Part shown: positions 26,335 to 35,564 of the stretch, one piece after another
How positions within the stretch are numbered: position 1 is the first letter of the stretch
Layout of the letters: each line of letters begins with the position of its first letter
Assembly: GCA_005779395.1 (NCBI GenBank)
Contig: SXJP01000028.1
Coordinates: 1 to 64,000, forward strand
Length of the DNA stretch: 64,000 bases
Reading direction: 5' to 3'
Source: Actinomycetota bacterium
GTDB taxonomy: Bacteria; Actinomycetota; Acidimicrobiia; IMCC26256; PALSA-610
Made by a program: the position numbers and the translations under genes
The notes under the pieces: generated by a model
What the model was told of the DNA's origin: nothing
Database searches by the model: none
The model's input: only the letters and a program-made list of their open reading frames with translations

Positions 26335-26976
26335 TCAGATGTTGCGGTCGGCGCGTTCTGCATCTATCGACGCTTGCAGTCTCGCTGCAACAATCGTTGT
26401 CGTTAGATCGCCCCGCGTTCTTTCTAGAACAGCCCGAAGTGCATCGGTGGTCCTGCGCAGCCCAGCGGTTACGGCATCTGGATAATCGACGGTCACCAAC
26501 ACCGAATAGATGTCGTCCATCGCAGCCATCAGTGATTCGGCGCGATGCAAGTTGCCGCCGCGCAGCAAGTCAAGAATTTCGCGACGGAGTTCGCTCGCTG
26601 CTTCGGCCATTCCGTTGAGATATGCCGCAGATTCAACCCCGAGATCATCTGGAGTCGGTAGCGGTTCATCGCGAACGAGTGCAAGCGTGATGCACGCTTC
26701 GGCCAACTCTTTCTTGGCGTCTTGTAACGGACCATTCGACCGCACCTCAGGAAATCCCGCGGTCGCTTCATCGGCAGAGTTGAGATGGCCTTGCGCTTCG
26801 GCTGCAAGCTGAGTAGCGGATTCCCATTCGCCACGATGCGTAGCGCGAATCGAGGCTGCACAACATTGGATCGCGAGTCGGGCTGCGCGGATCGTTACCT
26901 CGCGCGCACGGTGCTTTTCTTCGAATCGCTTTAGAGCGACCTTGCCGAGTGCCGAAACCTCAGCGGCGCGGTCCAC
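26335..26976 (-). CDS. All-alpha protein, possibly translin-family
   Basis: AAYLNGMAEAASELRREILD resembles the translin EDYLLGVADLTGELMR catalytic segment. Overall helical periodicity fits. Confidence 0.4.
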   Translation of the reverse strand: MDRAAEVSALGKVALKRFEEKHRAREVTIRAARLAIQCCAASIRATHRGEWESATQLAAEAQGHLNSADEATAGFPEVRSNGPLQDAKKELAEACITLALVRDEPLPTPDDLGVESAAYLNGMAEAASELRREILDLLRGGNLHRAESLMAAMDDIYSVLVTVDYPDAVTAGLRRTTDALRAVLERTRGDLTTTIVAARLQASIDAERADRNI

Positions 26977-26984
26977 AGGAGTGC

Positions 26985-27527
26985 TTAGTAGTTAGCTGTT
27001 CGGCGGTACGCGGGCTGTTCTTCGCGAATTTCGGATTGCGGGCTTGGCAGGTATCGAACCGAAGCGATTCGGTCGATCGCCACCCGCGCAGATGACGTCG
27101 GTCGAAAATGTGCGATCAATCCAACGAAGCCCAAAAGCAAGACCGTAGAAACACCAAACATAAGCCAAGCCGCTTGAGTCCCACTCACCGCGAGCATGAG
27201 GTTTACAACTGCGCTGATCCCGAGAACCGAGACGACTTGGCGGCGACGTAACTCAGAGCGACTCGATGCGGCCATCGATGGTCGGTAGGCCTCGGCGGGG
27301 AGGCTCACAGGGCGAAGATTGGCCGTGTGGGTGTTGCTAGCGGACATCCTGAGGGATTGCATGCCGTGGGATCGGCGAGGGGTGTTAGCTGTGCCAAGCG
27401 CGCCGATCCGGAAAGAAAAATCGCGTATGGAGTCTCGGCTGACGTGTTCTGCACGTGCTCGAAGGAGCGGTGGCACCAAGACCACGATCCAGAACACTGC
27501 TAATACGACGAGTGCCACCGTTGCCAA
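26985..27527 (-). CDS. Hypothetical membrane protein
   Basis: N-terminal TM helix plus two internal TM helices. No motif recognised. Confidence 0.45.
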   Translation of the reverse strand: MATVALVVLAVFWIVVLVPPLLRARAEHVSRDSIRDFSFRIGALGTANTPRRSHGMQSLRMSASNTHTANLRPVSLPAEAYRPSMAASSRSELRRRQVVSVLGISAVVNLMLAVSGTQAAWLMFGVSTVLLLGFVGLIAHFRPTSSARVAIDRIASVRYLPSPQSEIREEQPAYRRTANY

Positions 27528-27701
27528 AACCCTTCTACCGCCTTATGTTCGGGGACAATAACTGAGAGTCGCGTCCAAGTGGTGGACCCTCTGACAATTC
27601 CCACCCTGTTTAGAGTGCGGTACCGGCTAGATGCAAACTCAGCGTCGCTGACCTGGGGTTTTGCCTCAAGGACAGACAGCTTTTGGTCTGCTGAGGGACG
27701 C

Positions 27702-28217
27702 TTAGCGATCGAAGCTTGCGAGCGGGTCGCCTTCGCTCGAATTATCGCGATGCCAGGTCCCTGTACGACCACCCGACTTCTCCCACAACGCAAGTTCTCC
27801 GATGATCATTGCCCTGTCGATCGACTTACACATGTCGTAGATCGTGAGGGCAGCAATTGAGCACGCTGTAAGGGCTTCCATCTCTACGCCTGTACGGTCG
27901 ATACAGTCGACGCTCGCTTCGATCTCAACGAAAGTGTCTTCGATGCTGAAGTTGACATACACCGAACCAACTAGCAGCGGGTGACACAGCGGCAACAAGT
28001 TGGCGGTCTGCTTCGCTGCCTGTATGCCAGCTACCCGTGCCACCGCTAAAACGTCGCCCTTTTGGACAGCGCCTGATGCGATCGCTGAGCTCGTGTCGAC
28101 CGACATGTGTACCCGACAGCGGGCAACGGCTTTGCGGTGCGAGGCGTCCTTCGAACTGACATCGACCATCCGGGCCCGGCCAAGTGGATCTAGATGGGTG
28201 AACTGAGACGGAGGCAT
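27702..28217 (-). CDS. moaC: Cyclic pyranopterin monophosphate synthase MoaC
   Basis: LTHLDPLGRARMVDVSSK and the conserved core GDVLAVARVAGIQAAKQTANLLPLCHPL. Confidence 0.9.
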   Translation of the reverse strand: MPPSQFTHLDPLGRARMVDVSSKDASHRKAVARCRVHMSVDTSSAIASGAVQKGDVLAVARVAGIQAAKQTANLLPLCHPLLVGSVYVNFSIEDTFVEIEASVDCIDRTGVEMEALTACSIAALTIYDMCKSIDRAMIIGELALWEKSGGRTGTWHRDNSSEGDPLASFDR

Positions 28218-28261
28218 CGCTTGAGTCTAGGTTCGGGCCGACGATTTCCGCTAGGGGGCGC

Positions 28262-29284
28262 TCAACCGCCGATCTGGCTCATCGAACGGTCGGGGCGAAT
28301 GAAATTGACCTGGCCGATGCGGTGTCCGGCCCACTTCGTGCCAACAGCGCTAACGATCACAGTGGCGAGGCGGTCGTCGAGGTCGGGAGCATCGAGCCCC
28401 GCTCCTGTCCTCAACTCGGCTCTGAGGTCAAACTCGTTCAGCGCGAACAGGCACGTCCGAAACTTGCCCTCAGCTGTGATCCGGACCCTGTCGCAGTTAT
28501 CGCAAAATGGTTCTGTAACACTCGCGATCACACCAACATCGCCGTTGCCGTCGGCGTACTCAAATCGTTCGGCTGGCTGGGTGTGACCACTCCCGGGAAT
28601 CGCCACGGTTTTGAGTGGGAAAACGTCGTTGATTCGGTCGAGGATTTCACGGGCTGGCACGACCTTGTCGTGGCTCCACATCGAATCTGCATCGAGCGGC
28701 ATGAACTCGATGAAACGCATACCCACTCCCTTGTCGCGAGCAAAACGTGCGAGATCGACAATCTCGTCGTCGTTGATCGATCGCATCACGACTGCGTTGA
28801 TTTTCACTGGTTTGAGACCGGCTTCGATCGCAGCGTCTATGCCAGCAAGCACGCGATCGAGTTCGTCTCGGCGTGTTAGCGCAAGGAATGTCTCACGGCG
28901 CAATGAATCGAGTGAGATGTTTACGCGTGAAAGCCCAGCGCGCGCCAAGTCGTGGGCGACCTCTGGAAGTTTCACGCCGTTAGTTGTCATAGCGAGGTCG
29001 ACCCCGAGGACAGCGAGCATCTCGATAAGGCGAACGACGTGGGCGCGAACTAGAGGCTCGCCGCCCGTAATCCGAATTGCATCGAATGCGTAACGCTCAA
29101 CGCACACCGACGCGATGCGAGCGAGTTCTTCGAAACTGAGAAGTTCTTCTCTGCCGATCCACTTCATGCCTTCTTCTGGCATGCAGTAAGTGCAACGGAA
29201 GTTGCACCGGTCCGTGATGGAAATGCGTAGATCCTTGACCAGTCGCGCGTATGGATCTATTAGCGGGATGGGTGTCCGTGCCAT
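28262..29284 (-). CDS. moaA: GTP 3',8-cyclase MoaA (radical SAM)
   Basis: CNFRCTYCMP CxxxCxxC motif and the C-terminal second cluster CDNCDRVRITAEG. Confidence 0.9.
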   Translation of the reverse strand: MARTPIPLIDPYARLVKDLRISITDRCNFRCTYCMPEEGMKWIGREELLSFEELARIASVCVERYAFDAIRITGGEPLVRAHVVRLIEMLAVLGVDLAMTTNGVKLPEVAHDLARAGLSRVNISLDSLRRETFLALTRRDELDRVLAGIDAAIEAGLKPVKINAVVMRSINDDEIVDLARFARDKGVGMRFIEFMPLDADSMWSHDKVVPAREILDRINDVFPLKTVAIPGSGHTQPAERFEYADGNGDVGVIASVTEPFCDNCDRVRITAEGKFRTCLFALNEFDLRAELRTGAGLDAPDLDDRLATVIVSAVGTKWAGHRIGQVNFIRPDRSMSQIGG

Positions 29285-29349
29285 CTCATAAGCCTAGAGA
29301 TGCGGGCCAAGTTTGGTTGCAAGGCTCGTCTCTACTCGGAACTGGCCCT

Positions 29350-29395
29350 AGAAAAGAAATGGCGGACGTCGGAAAAGGGGGTAACCGACGTCCGC
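29350..29395 (-). terminator. Intrinsic-terminator-like hairpin plus U-tract 70 nt upstream of the moaA start. It could be a leader attenuator, or the terminator of the moeA-galU-plsY transcript.
   Basis: On the minus strand there is a perfect 11-bp stem (GCGGACGTCGG / CCGACGTCCGC) with a 12-nt loop, followed by CAUUUCUUUUC. Confidence 0.5.
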
Positions 29396-29770
29396 TCACA
29401 GGTTCGCTCTACATTGAGCGCCCACTGACAGTGTTAACTCTCGTCCAAATTGCCACTCTCCGCAATAGGTCATCGGGCCTGTGTTACACATTTCACATTG
29501 CAGCGAAATAGCTACAGATAGTCCAATTAGCCCTATACATGTCTGTCTCGGGGTGTTACAAATTACGTACACAACCGCCCGGGCGGGCGGAATCAACAGT
29601 CACCGCACAACAGGGTGATTGGCCTGGGAGGCATTGACGTGGATGTTCACCGTCAGAACGACGGCTAGCACCCGGGGAAGCAGTAACCCGTCGGCCGAAG
29701 TTGGTCGCTGCGCTGACGGATAGCTAGAGCGAACCCGACCCCGGTTCCCACGTCTGCGACACGGCGATGT

Positions 29771-30979
29771 CTACAGCAACATCACCTTAAGCGATTCTCC
29801 CTCGCCCACTCCATCGCCATCTTCGAGGATCGCAAGCCCATTTGCCTTCGCCATACCAGAAAGCACATTGCTTGCCTGCGCACCAGACCGTTGAGCTCGG
29901 AATCGGCCACTCGAGTCGATCGTCACATGCACACGGTCGAAATGGATTTTGCCATCCGGCCTTCTCGCAAACGTCTCTGTAGCTATCGCTTCGACTACGG
30001 GACGAGACGGTTCGCGGGCGCCGCTCAAGACACGCAACGCTGGCCGCGCGAAAAGTTCAAAGCTCACGCTCGACGACACGGGATTGCCAGGCAACCCAAA
30101 TATCGGAGTCCCACCGATGCTCCCGAACGCGAGTGGTTTAGCTGGCTTAATCGCAACCTGCGACCACGAATACGTACCGCCTCGCTCAGCTGCGAGCTTC
30201 TCGATCGCGATCTTCACGAAGTCATAGTCGCCAACCGAAACAGCGCCGCTTGTTACGAGTGCATCGCAGGTATTCAGCCCATGGGCGATGCGCTCTGTGA
30301 TGACCTGTTCGTCGTCTCGGGCATGGCCAAGATCTAGCGGTTCACAGCCTGCTTCTCTTAACATCGCTGTCAGCATCGGGCGATTCGAGTCGCGGATCTG
30401 GCCCATGCGCAGCGAACCACTTTGGACGAGTTCATCACCGGTTGAGAGGACGCCAACCAAAGGGCGGCGATACGCAAGCACCTCGTGTACGTCGAGGCTC
30501 GCGAGCACTCCGATGTGCGCCGGAGTTAGAAGCTCGCCAGCTACGAACACGGTCTGGCCTGCTTCGACATCGCCTCCTGAGCGTCGGACGTGGTCACCTT
30601 GTTTGGCAGCGTTACCGATTCGGACATGCCTATCCCCGACCCGTTCGGTTCGCTCGACCATCACCACTGCGTCGGCGCCTTCGGGCATCGGGGCGCCGGT
30701 CATGATTCGAATCGCCTCTCCCTCTCCAACCCGAACCGTAGGGGCCTTACCCGCTGGTAGCTCCGCGACAACAAGTAATTCGACCGGTGCGTCGGCCGTG
30801 TCAACAGCGCGAACCGCATAGCCATCCATTGCCGTATTCGCAAAAGGCGGCACGTTCGCTTCGGCGACGATTGCTTCGCCGAGCACGAGGCCAAGTGCAT
30901 CAGCCGCGCTCACACGAACAGGCTCAAGTGCTCGAACTGAGCCCATCACCATTGCTTGCGCAGTTGCAAGGTCAATCAT
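29771..30979 (-). CDS. moeA: Molybdopterin molybdotransferase MoeA
   Basis: TSGAVSVGDYDFVK motif. Length 402 aa. Confidence 0.85.
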   Translation of the reverse strand: MIDLATAQAMVMGSVRALEPVRVSAADALGLVLGEAIVAEANVPPFANTAMDGYAVRAVDTADAPVELLVVAELPAGKAPTVRVGEGEAIRIMTGAPMPEGADAVVMVERTERVGDRHVRIGNAAKQGDHVRRSGGDVEAGQTVFVAGELLTPAHIGVLASLDVHEVLAYRRPLVGVLSTGDELVQSGSLRMGQIRDSNRPMLTAMLREAGCEPLDLGHARDDEQVITERIAHGLNTCDALVTSGAVSVGDYDFVKIAIEKLAAERGGTYSWSQVAIKPAKPLAFGSIGGTPIFGLPGNPVSSSVSFELFARPALRVLSGAREPSRPVVEAIATETFARRPDGKIHFDRVHVTIDSSGRFRAQRSGAQASNVLSGMAKANGLAILEDGDGVGEGESLKVMLL

Positions 30980-30993
30980 CGCGACCTCGCCAT

Positions 30994-31872
30994 CTAAAGG
31001 TCGCGAGAACGAACGATGTCGCGGAGCATTTCGGCGACATCGGCTGAGAGGTCCTCGCGGTCCAATGCGACTTCGATGTTGGCACGAAGAAAACCGAGTT
31101 TCTGACCGATGTCATGCCTGCCACTCGAAAACTTCTGGCCATAAACGCTCTGGTCTTCTAGTAGCAACGAGATCGCGTCGGTGAGCTGAATCTCGCCACC
31201 GCGCCCGGGCTGCACGCGGTCGAGGGTCTCGAAAATATCCGCGGTGAATACGTAGCGACCGAATACAGCCAAGTTCGACGGCGCCTCTGCGGCAACCGGC
31301 TTCTCGATGATCGCCTTCACCTCGACAAGACCATCATGAGACGGCGCCGGATCCACGCAGCCGTAGCTACTGATTTCGTCAGGCGCTACCTCTAACAGTG
31401 CGAGCACCGAACGGCCGTAGCGGTCGTGCGTGTCGAGCATCGATCGAAGTAGTGCAGCGTCATCGACCATGATGTCGTCTGGCAGCAACACGACAAAAGA
31501 CTCGTTGCCGACATGTTCGCGAGCCACCGATACTGCATGCCCAAGGCCGAGTGGATCGCGTTGGCGCACGTAGTGAATGTCGGCTAGTTCGCTACTCGCT
31601 TCGACTTCTTTTAGCATGTCGTCCTTGCCGTCTCGGCGCAAGTAGTACTCGAGTTCGAAGTTGCGATCGAAGTGGTCTTCGATTGCGCGCTTGTTTCGTC
31701 CCGTAATGATGAGAATGTCTGTGAGCCCGGCTGCGACGGCTTCTTCTACGACGTACTGAATTGCAGGCTTATCGACGATAGGCAAGATCTCTTTTGGCAG
31801 GCTCTTGGTGGCTGGCAGGAATCGTGTGCCAAGTCCTGCTGCCGGAATTACTGCCTTGCGGATCTTCGTCAT
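30994..31872 (-). CDS. galU: UTP--glucose-1-phosphate uridylyltransferase GalU
   Basis: KAVIPAAGLGTRFLPATKSLPKEILPIVDKPAIQY. Confidence 0.9.
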   Translation of the reverse strand: MTKIRKAVIPAAGLGTRFLPATKSLPKEILPIVDKPAIQYVVEEAVAAGLTDILIITGRNKRAIEDHFDRNFELEYYLRRDGKDDMLKEVEASSELADIHYVRQRDPLGLGHAVSVAREHVGNESFVVLLPDDIMVDDAALLRSMLDTHDRYGRSVLALLEVAPDEISSYGCVDPAPSHDGLVEVKAIIEKPVAAEAPSNLAVFGRYVFTADIFETLDRVQPGRGGEIQLTDAISLLLEDQSVYGQKFSSGRHDIGQKLGFLRANIEVALDREDLSADVAEMLRDIVRSRDL

Positions 31873-32513
31873 TGATTCTTGTCCTCTTGGTGACCGTGGT
31901 TCTCGTGATGTGCGGGAGCGTCTCCGATGCTACGGGAACCCGCTACGAGATCGACTTCCTCGCGATGAATCAGCCGACGGATATTGCTCGAATGGCGCGA
32001 TATGAGCACGAGCGCTAACGCTGAGATTGCGAGCGTCTCCCACCAAGGCGCACCGATAATCCCAACGACGATTGGGAACGCGACCACGATAAAAAGCGAA
32101 GCTATCGACGCTTTGCGCAACCCTTTCGCGACGAGCATCCAAGTCGTTATGCCAGCAAGCGCGATCCACGGAAACAGCACGAAAAGCATGCCGCCAGCGG
32201 TCGCAACCCCCTTGCCGCCACGTCGAACGATCGGAAAAACGTGGCCGATGACCGCCGCGATACCGAGTGCGAAACCAGCCCACCTGCCCTCTACGACTAG
32301 CCCGATTGCGGCTGGTGCAGTGCCCTTGGCCGTGTCGCCGATCATCGCTAACAAGCCAGCCTTCCAGCCTGCGACACGCATCACGTTGCTCGCTCCGGGG
32401 TTACCCGATCCCTGTGCTGTCACATCAGCGCCAAAGGCGCGCCCAACTATTACCGAACACGGAATCGTGCCGATGAGATAAGCAAGAGGGACAGCCAAGA
32501 GGATTTTGAGCAC
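31869..32513 (-). CDS. plsY: Glycerol-3-phosphate acyltransferase PlsY
   Basis: GSGNPGASNVMR motif in a polytopic membrane protein. The stop overlaps the galU start. Confidence 0.8.
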   Translation of the reverse strand: MLKILLAVPLAYLIGTIPCSVIVGRAFGADVTAQGSGNPGASNVMRVAGWKAGLLAMIGDTAKGTAPAAIGLVVEGRWAGFALGIAAVIGHVFPIVRRGGKGVATAGGMLFVLFPWIALAGITTWMLVAKGLRKASIASLFIVVAFPIVVGIIGAPWWETLAISALALVLISRHSSNIRRLIHREEVDLVAGSRSIGDAPAHHENHGHQEDKNQ

Positions 32514-32643
32514 GGGCCATCATCGCGCAGCACTCACGCACTATTGAGCGTGTATCCGGTCGAGATCGCCACTTCGGGTAACCTTGGCACTCTCACACTT
32601 AGAGTGCCAACCGCACGCAGAACGTCCCTCTAGGGAGTAGCAA

Positions 32644-33030
32644 ATGCCCACTTATGACTACCGTTGCACCAAGTGCAGCGACCAGTTCGAGGTTTATCAG
32701 ACATTCGCTGATGAGCCACTGAAGAAGCACCCTGGTTGCGGCGGCAAGGTCAACAAGGTGATGTCCGCAGCAGGGATCGTGCTGAAGGGCTCTGGCTTCT
32801 ACAAGAACGATTCTGGCGACTCGGCGCGATCTGTGTCGAAGATGCGCAGCGAAAAGACTGCGGCGAGCACGACCACGTCAAGTGCTTCTGACTCAAGTAG
32901 CACGGCCAAGTCCGAGACCAAGTCCGAGACCAAGTCAGAGACGAAAACCGAAACCAAGTCCGACTCAAAAACCGTGACTCCAACAAGTTCGCCCAAGAAG
33001 TCGGACTCGAAAACATCTAGCGCCGCCTAG
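32644..33030 (+). CDS. FmdB-family zinc-ribbon protein with a low-complexity S/T/K-rich tail
   Basis: MPTYDYRCTKCSDQFEV...HPGCGG (CxxC...CxxC). The tail contains SETK repeats. Confidence 0.7.
   Translation: MPTYDYRCTKCSDQFEVYQTFADEPLKKHPGCGGKVNKVMSAAGIVLKGSGFYKNDSGDSARSVSKMRSEKTAASTTTSSASDSSSTAKSETKSETKSETKTETKSDSKTVTPTSSPKKSDSKTSSAA
32908..32967 (+). repeat. Five tandem copies of a 12-nt unit (AAGTCCGAGACC and variants) encoding (K)SETK repeats inside the fmdB-like gene
   Basis: Direct reading of the sequence. Confidence 0.6.
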
Positions 33031-33033
33031 ACC

Positions 33034-33879
33034 GTGGTCGGAGCACGCGCTTGCGTTGGAGTCATCGGCGGATCAGGGTTTTATACATTTCTCGAAGACG
33101 CAGTTGACTTAAACATCGACACGCCGTGGGGTCCAACGAGCAGTCCGATAACCGTGGGCGAAATCGGCACAGGCACACCTAATCCGGTCGCTGTTGCATT
33201 CATCGCGCGCCATGGCCGCCACCACCAACATCTCCCGCACGAAGTTCCGGCGCGCGCGAACCTCTGGGCACTGCACCAGCTCGGCGTACGACAAGTGATC
33301 GGCCCTTGCACCGTTGGAAGTTTGCGCAAGGATTACGTACCAGGAGACTTCGTAGTTCTCGATCAGATCATCGATCGCACGGCGGGCAGGCCGGCAACTT
33401 TCTTCGAACGCTCGGGCACGAGTCTTTCTCATACCTTCCACTTGTCATTTGCAGACCCGTACTGCCCTGCAATGCGGGCAGCCGCGATTCATGCAGGCTC
33501 AAGTGCCGGCACAACAGTGCACGACTCAGGGACAGTAGTAGTAATAAATGGACCACGTTTTTCCTCGCGTGCAGAGTCCCGCTGGTATCGCGCTCAGGGT
33601 TGGGATGTCGTCAACATGACCCAAACGCCCGAGGCCGTATTAGCAGCGGAACTCGGCATGTGTTATTGCGGACTCGCCCTCGTCACCGACTTCGATAGCG
33701 GAGTTGAAGACGACCCTGACATCACACCGGTCACTGCGACACAAGTCTTCGATTTCTTCAAAGCCAACATCGATCATGTGCGGTCGCTCCTTACAGAGCT
33801 AATCCCGGGACTGAACGACGTCAAGCCATGTGGCTGTGCGGCGCGGTCGGGCCCGATCGCATCGTTGCCATCTGATTGA
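33034..33879 (+). CDS. mtnP: S-methyl-5'-thioadenosine phosphorylase (MTAP/PNP family)
   Basis: VGVIGGSGFY phosphate loop and VVNMTQTPEAVLAAELGMCYCGLALVTDFD. Confidence 0.75.
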   Translation: MVGARACVGVIGGSGFYTFLEDAVDLNIDTPWGPTSSPITVGEIGTGTPNPVAVAFIARHGRHHQHLPHEVPARANLWALHQLGVRQVIGPCTVGSLRKDYVPGDFVVLDQIIDRTAGRPATFFERSGTSLSHTFHLSFADPYCPAMRAAAIHAGSSAGTTVHDSGTVVVINGPRFSSRAESRWYRAQGWDVVNMTQTPEAVLAAELGMCYCGLALVTDFDSGVEDDPDITPVTATQVFDFFKANIDHVRSLLTELIPGLNDVKPCGCAARSGPIASLPSD

Positions 33880-33950
33880 CCTTGCCCGGCGGCGTTGACT
33901 AGCCGTTGGGATTCGCTTAGTGTTGCGGCACTCCCTCGCATCCTCCCCGA

Positions 33951-34658
33951 TTGCCACATCCTTTTTCGCGCTTGGGAGATTTCATGGGCTCTAGTCCTCG
34001 CGTTCTTTGCCTTCGCGTACTCGCGATCGCTCTCGCTCTGTTCACCGCTCGACTCATAGCTACCGACCTCGCGACCCTGCACGGTCGAGCAAAAAGCCTC
34101 GGGAATCTGTCGCCTGTGCTTGTAGCAAACCGCGATCTGAGCCTCGGCACAGTACTGAAAAGTAGCGATTTCGCGATCGTCGAACGACATTCGAGCCAAA
34201 CGCCCGGGTCAACGTTGCATTCGATTGGCGATGCTGTCGGGAAAACGGTTGTGGTGCCCGTCGTCGAGTCGGCGTACCTGCTCGATTCCAACGTCGCTGA
34301 GTCTTCACGCAGAGGCACAGCCGAGCTAATCGCTGCGGACCACGTCGCTGTTCGTGTTGTTTCAGAAGATGGACTCAGCCCAACCGTTGGTTCAAGCGTC
34401 CAAGTGATCGCGACTCTCGATGGTGGAGCTCCTGCTTCTACTGCGGTCCTCTCCGAAGTCGCTCTCGTGCTTGGAGTAGATGGCGGCGACAACGGCCGTG
34501 AACTAGGGGTTCTTCTAGAGGTACCCCGCGACGATGCTCCCCGAATAGCCTTCGCTCTCGCTAATGGAGTTGTCATGCTCGCGCTGTTGCCACCGGAGGA
34601 CGTTTGTTGCGCCGAATCACGATCATCTTCGCAATTGTCATCGGTTGCGGATTCCTGA
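33951..34658 (+). CDS. SAF-domain protein resembling the Flp-pilus assembly protein CpaB/RcpC, orphan
   Basis: N-terminal TM helix and PVLVANRDLSLGTVLKSSDFAIVE SAF motif. No other tad genes are nearby. Confidence 0.5.
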   Translation: MPHPFSRLGDFMGSSPRVLCLRVLAIALALFTARLIATDLATLHGRAKSLGNLSPVLVANRDLSLGTVLKSSDFAIVERHSSQTPGSTLHSIGDAVGKTVVVPVVESAYLLDSNVAESSRRGTAELIAADHVAVRVVSEDGLSPTVGSSVQVIATLDGGAPASTAVLSEVALVLGVDGGDNGRELGVLLEVPRDDAPRIAFALANGVVMLALLPPEDVCCAESRSSSQLSSVADS

Positions 34659-35551
34659 TCGCTCCAGTTGCTAGCGCACAACTAGCAGGACAACGACGAG
34701 CAGTCGCAAATCAAGCCGCAGATACCGCGCTGCCAGCTTGGAAGGCGGTTGTGCTCGGTCTCGTCGAAGGCGTAACCGAGTATCTTCCGATCAGTTCTAC
34801 AGGCCACTTGCATGTAACCGAACGATTACTCGATGTCGGATCTGATTCTGCGACCAAAGATTCGGCTGACACGTACGCGATCACAATTCAGGCTGGCGCA
34901 ATATTCGCTGTGCTCGTGCTCTACCGCAGAAGGATTATCGAGATTGTGCGCGGCGTTCTCGGTCGTTCGGCCACAGGTCGGCGCGTCTTCGTCGCTCTGA
35001 CAGTTGCCTTCCTTCCAGCGGCGCTCACGGGAGCGATATTCGGGGACCTGATCAAGGATCAACTCCTTGCTGCTGGACCAATCGTGGGCGCATGGATTCT
35101 CGGCGCTCTCGCAATTTGGATACTCGTCCCGCGATTAGGCACGAGCGCTTCGCGATCGCTCGACTCGATCAGCTGCCGTCAGGCAGCGATTATCGGAGTC
35201 GCACAAGTGCTCGCTTTATGGCCGGGCACTAGTAGGAGTCTCGTCACAATCATCGCGGCGCTAGCCGTTGGCTTGTCTTTGAGCGCGGCGATCGAGTTTT
35301 CGTTCATTCTCGGTCTACTCACACTCAGCGCGGCAACCATCTACGACGGCGCTAGCAACGGTAGTGAACTAGTGAGCACGTTCGGGATTGCTACACCTGT
35401 GCTCGGCCTATTGGTCGCGTTCGGATCGGCAGTTTTCGCTGTGAAATGGATGGTGAGATACATCGAATCACGTGGCCTAGCGATATTCGCGACGTACCGG
35501 CTACTAGCTGCTGGCGTGACTTTGCTACTCATCGCAACTAACACGATTTGA
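34604..35551 (+). CDS. uppP: Undecaprenyl-diphosphatase UppP (BacA)
   Basis: LGLVEGVTEYLPISSTGHL. The start is ambiguous: TTG at 34604 gives a 49-aa signal-like extension that overlaps the upstream gene, and GTG at 34751 is the alternative. Confidence 0.85.
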   Translation: MLRRITIIFAIVIGCGFLIAPVASAQLAGQRRAVANQAADTALPAWKAVVLGLVEGVTEYLPISSTGHLHVTERLLDVGSDSATKDSADTYAITIQAGAIFAVLVLYRRRIIEIVRGVLGRSATGRRVFVALTVAFLPAALTGAIFGDLIKDQLLAAGPIVGAWILGALAIWILVPRLGTSASRSLDSISCRQAAIIGVAQVLALWPGTSRSLVTIIAALAVGLSLSAAIEFSFILGLLTLSAATIYDGASNGSELVSTFGIATPVLGLLVAFGSAVFAVKWMVRYIESRGLAIFATYRLLAAGVTLLLIATNTI

Positions 35552-35564
35552 TGGTGCGAGACCC

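Noticed and set aside
29480-29570. Shared 7-mer GTAACAC in the moaA leader (two copies) and the amt promoter as a common regulator site
   Set aside because: A specific 7-mer is expected about 8 times by chance in 64 kb on both strands, so this is not significant on its own.
32585-32611. TTGGCAC...TTAGAG as a sigma-54 (-24/-12) promoter
   Set aside because: The spacing to a TTGC-like -12 element does not fit, and actinobacteria generally lack RpoN. It was kept only as a palindromic operator candidate.
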